The translations under genes and the position numbers were made by a program. Below the pieces are notes generated by a model. It was not told where the DNA came from and did not search any database. It saw only the letters and a program-made list of their open reading frames with translations. 64,000 nucleotides of DNA from Phoronis australis. Its lineage: Eukaryota > Animalia > Phoronida. Where the stretch lies: the NCBI GenBank assembly GCA_002633005.1, contig NMRA01000154.1, positions 383,210 to 447,209 of the forward strand, read 5' to 3'. Below are positions 60,158-64,000 of this stretch, piece after piece (the first letter of the stretch is position 1; every line of letters starts with the position of its first letter).

Positions 60158-62774
60158 ACGAAGGCAGATTATTAATTTCTCATTAGATCGTCGATGGTGT
60201 ATGAGTCTGAAATGTATACCTGTATCTAATAAAGATTTAGTGAGCCTGAGATGTAAAGGTTTCTTGGCTGTTGAGACTTTCCGTCTTCCATAGACGACCT
60301 TCTTCACCAGAATAAGCCCTGGAATCAAAAAATGATGGCAGCATTTCAGCTGGCTGCATACACCAGAACACACGACCCTTTTTGCATCTGCACTGAATAG
60401 ACAAACGTTCAAACTCTAAAGCAGGAATAACTATGGGAACGCGCCCCGCGTCGTGGGCGTCTTCAAGATTTTTTGACGCAGTATGATTGGTTAACTCGGG
60501 CCTATGTACGCACCAAAACTGATATAATTTCACCTGATTTTGTCTTGAATAATACGCCTATTTCATTTAGAATCTAATATAGTAACTGTATAACTACAAT
60601 ACAAAGCAGCTCATCAAACTAGCCTATGAAGTTTAGAGATTAGAGACACTGAGTCTAGCATACTGCGAATATGCAAATTCTAACTTTGGTGTTTAGTTAA
60701 AATTTATATCAGTTAGCCGTTCAGACCAATCACTAACCACGTAATGTACTGAAGTAGCATGCAAAATCCCGCATATTCAAATGCCACCTCTCGAAAATCG
60801 AGTCGAAAAAGAGCAGAGGATTCGACTAACGTGACCTACATGTATAGGTCCCACAAATTGGCCAGTAGATTTTAGGTCAAACGGGTCAGTTGACCCATAG
60901 TCACGTGTTTCCAGTACATGCTCTTGCACCAGTATACGCACCGGTCTCGTGATCGGTTCTGACGTCAGATCGTCGCATCTCAGAGCTCGATCACTTACTG
61001 AGAACATGGCATCACTAATGTACATGTAAACACTGAAAAGTCATGACCAAACGACTATGCCGTGAGTGTTGCTGTCAAAGTGAAGGAATGTCCGCTTTCC
61101 CTGTATCTTCGAACTGTTATTATAATTTACACACAAAACAGATTATTGTTTTAAAAGAATCATTCGTATTGAAATGACATGGGTAATAAATTCAATTTCG
61201 GGCTTCAGAAGCAGGGCTCCCTATATTATATGAGGCTTCGCTCTTCGGCCACCTTCACTTTGCGACCGAAAATTTGATTTTCTCCTCTACGGTTGTGTTC
61301 AGTTTTGCCACATTCTATCATACACATCGTAAGCATTGCTGAAATTTTGGGCTGCAACAAAATCTCCATGTTCCGCGCTCTTAATACCGATTCTTTCTGT
61401 TTTGGTTGGCTGGGTCGGTCTTTAGTGTTTTGCACACTTAGTCTTTTGGGTAATCCTACAAAAGACTGCGACTTTGACAAAATTAGGCGGTCTTAGGATT
61501 ACAGCTAATAAATATTCATTATGAAGAGCCCCATGTAAACCTACAGTTCCAAGAATGCCGACAAACATACTGAACACCCTTGAAACACAGGCTGCGTCTA
61601 AATTGCGAACTTATGAAACATGTGCCACTAAATTTTTGTTCTACGTACACTCCAGTAATGATCGAGTGAGATACATATACAGGGCTCAACGCATTTTGCG
61701 ACCTAGGCAATTAAAATCTCAGGTCATATTTTCAAATTTCATTATGTCGAGTCCTGTTATACACCTACCTGTAGATAGTAGTGGTCATGCAGCACAATTC
61801 ATAGTTAAGCAACTGCGCAGAGATCAGGGGGTGAGGTACAGGGTCACCAAGCAATGGCACAGTATAAGACCTGGGTACCTAAATGCTGCTGACTCGACGA
61901 TTGATCGGGTTCCGTGTTTAAATATCGGTAGCTTATTGTTCCTAATTAGTGAACTTGTTTACTGGTCCATTATAAATGCCTGGCAAGAATGACAAATTTG
62001 TTTGGTGTTCGTTTTCCGCTGCCCATTTTCTTCCATATCGTTATAAAATCACCGGGATTTTTGTTTTACGTGTAATACACAAATGATGGTCTTCAAGTTC
62101 TTGCTTACATCCTATTCACGGCGGTAAAAGTCATTGTTTCTATGAAGTCACACATTTTTATGGACAACATGTTGCTGTGCCCACTGGTGCTTTTCTCGAC
62201 TGATTTAAAGTTTCATCTATTGGCTTCCTATTGTGAGTTTTAGACAGTTCCGGATAGGGGCGCAAAACGCACAATTGCATGGGTCCCCTTAAAAAGGAAA
62301 AGGATGATCACGAATCACTGGATCGTGATGAGTGAATGCTACACCATGAACGCTGTGACTATACGACGGCTTCCAAGCCAGCAAAGTCGAGAGCCAATGA
62401 CAAAGCAGTTTTTTGCAAAAACGAAAGAAAATGCAAAAACATTTTCGCACTGGGAAATTGAAATATTTCTTGTGAAAAACTCTGAACAACTGTTAGCGTG
62501 TAGTCTGAGATAAATTCGTGATATCTGTTCAACTTTGCTCATTTTAAAAAAAATCACTTCGCAGACCGGAAACTTTTTTGTCATGATCTCGGCTGACTCC
62601 GTTAACGAATGTAAATCAACAGCGCCGGGAATGAACCTTCCTCTGATAGTGTAAAGATTTGTATCAGTAATCGGCGCGTCTAGCCTACGTGCATGACGAC
62701 CTGTCAAATTCTTTCCCACTACCCATCTTTTTATTGAAAAAGGTATTTCATTTAATAGTTGTGTAATGAGTTTC

Positions 62775-63088
62775 CAGGGGCTGATCCAGGATTTGAGTTG
62801 GGGGGCAGGGCACAAGAATAAGCAGACTTTCGGAAGATGCGCGCGCCCAGCCTAATGTCTAGGGGCCCGTACAGGAGTCTCGAATTTTTGTTTGCGAACC
62901 TTTTGACTAAAAACAAAACGTTCAGGGCCTGTATGCATTATTCATTCACAGCCCCCGAGCCCTCCTGGTTGCGCATGTGCTAGTCAGCAATTCGCACCCC
63001 AACTGCCAAATGGTATCTGGGGTGACAATTTTAGGGGGGGGCCATGGTCCCTTGCCCCCCCCCCCCNCCCCCCCAAATCCGCCACTGG
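62775..63088. mobile_element. MITE family B (termini CAGTGGCGGAT...ATCCGCCACTG, G/C-run rich)
   Basis: caggggctgatccaggattt...aaatccgccactg, flanked by gtttc on both sides. Related copies or fragments at ~4195-4318, ~8859-8920, ~16816-16875, ~21881-22034, ~23559-23720 and ~52240-52399. Confidence 0.65.
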
Positions 63089-63917
63089 TTTCGACCACGT
63101 CAACTTGGTTCCTAGGGCTCACACTCAGGCGTCGCTGACGAGCAGTCCGTGGATGGCAGTGCCTGGCAGCTAGCACACGTATAGCCCCTCGGTTGGCCGG
63201 TTTGGATCTGCAATACTTTCCATCGCTATCTGTACGCATTCGTTCCATGTATTTTCAACGGGCGGTAGTCCTATGCCAAATGCGGCCACCCGGCGATAGG
63301 CCACACTCAAATTGTGACTTTAAAAAGCGCTTACTTTCTTCATTGGTCCTTAATAACTATCTAGTCTATTCATATCTTCAATGAAGCTTAGTTACGAGAA
63401 TTAAGGTGACTTTGGCGAATATTTTCAACTCCACTTTTTTGGTGACCGTTTACTAGCTATCTACTACGCGCGCGATAACCACGAAGTATTTCAACTAAGT
63501 GCGGACTCACTGTGAGTTAGGCAACGGGCTAGCGCGAGACTGAGCGAAGCGCGTCACTGGCGCGTGACATTTGCAAAATAGCATGGGAAGGCATCAGGTG
63601 AAATTTGTAAGATTTGTGTTCCTTGGACTTTTTATTCGTCAACATGCGTGATCTCACATAACTTAGTCCTCAAAATGGCACCCGGCGGTCAGAGAAACTG
63701 GCAGATCAGCCAATGGCGCGGAAGATTTTCATCGATTAGTTCAAATTGTCTTGACTGGATCGTCTCTAGACTGATGGAGCGTGTTAATTATAACTCCATG
63801 TGCATATATGCATGTTTCATGAGATTTCATTTCCTGTATTTTGAAATTCGTAATTTTTTGTGGGGACTGTAGGCCTACTATCGCCGGCCCAAATTGCCTA
63901 CCACTGAGGCAGTCTCT

Positions 63918-64000
63918 CCCGTTCAGTAACGCTAAGACCTCGCTAAAATGCAAGACTTCGCGAGATTACAAAAGGTATTGCCGTGTATTTTAAATGAAAA
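63918..64000. mobile_element. MITE family A copy, cut by the window end
   Basis: cccgttcagtaacgctaagacctcgctaaaatgcaagacttcgcgagattac. Confidence 0.7.

Noticed and set aside
60200-63900. Short ORFs downstream of paralog 2
   Set aside because: No recognisable motifs or splice-consistent exon chain; likely non-coding or repeat-derived.

Overview
Animal (eukaryotic) genomic DNA: AT-rich, with spliced GT-AG genes and many transposon relics. The protein families and heavy TACATGTA enrichment suggest a marine invertebrate (inference). Main content: (1) A minus-strand gene of about 26 kb and at least 13 exons (28840->~3039), assembled by hand. It encodes a secreted mosaic protein of >=938 aa: signal peptide, FN2, Mucin2_WxxW, F-type lectin, 2x Sushi, PAN, PAN, C-type lectin, TSP1, PAN. 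Several exons are missing from the ORF track. (2) Two tandem, intact 5-exon genes on the + strand (44600-50643 and 54298-60157) encoding secreted serine beta-lactamase-like (peptidase S12/AmpC-type) proteins with a diverged second catalytic motif. (3) Two complementary derivatives of one Kolobok-type DNA transposon (TTAA target, AG...CT ends). One carries a KolX/P2X7-ballast-like ORF; the other is 'double-headed', with THAP starts at both ends. (4) A ~2.4 kb direct repeat carrying a Penelope GIY-YIG relic and a degenerate minimal hammerhead ribozyme. The two copies flank a decayed, intronless unknown ORF interrupted by a MITE. (5) A LINE relic, a tRNA-derived SINE, MITE families, a foldback structure and tandem repeats. 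All calls were made by eye; no database searches were run.
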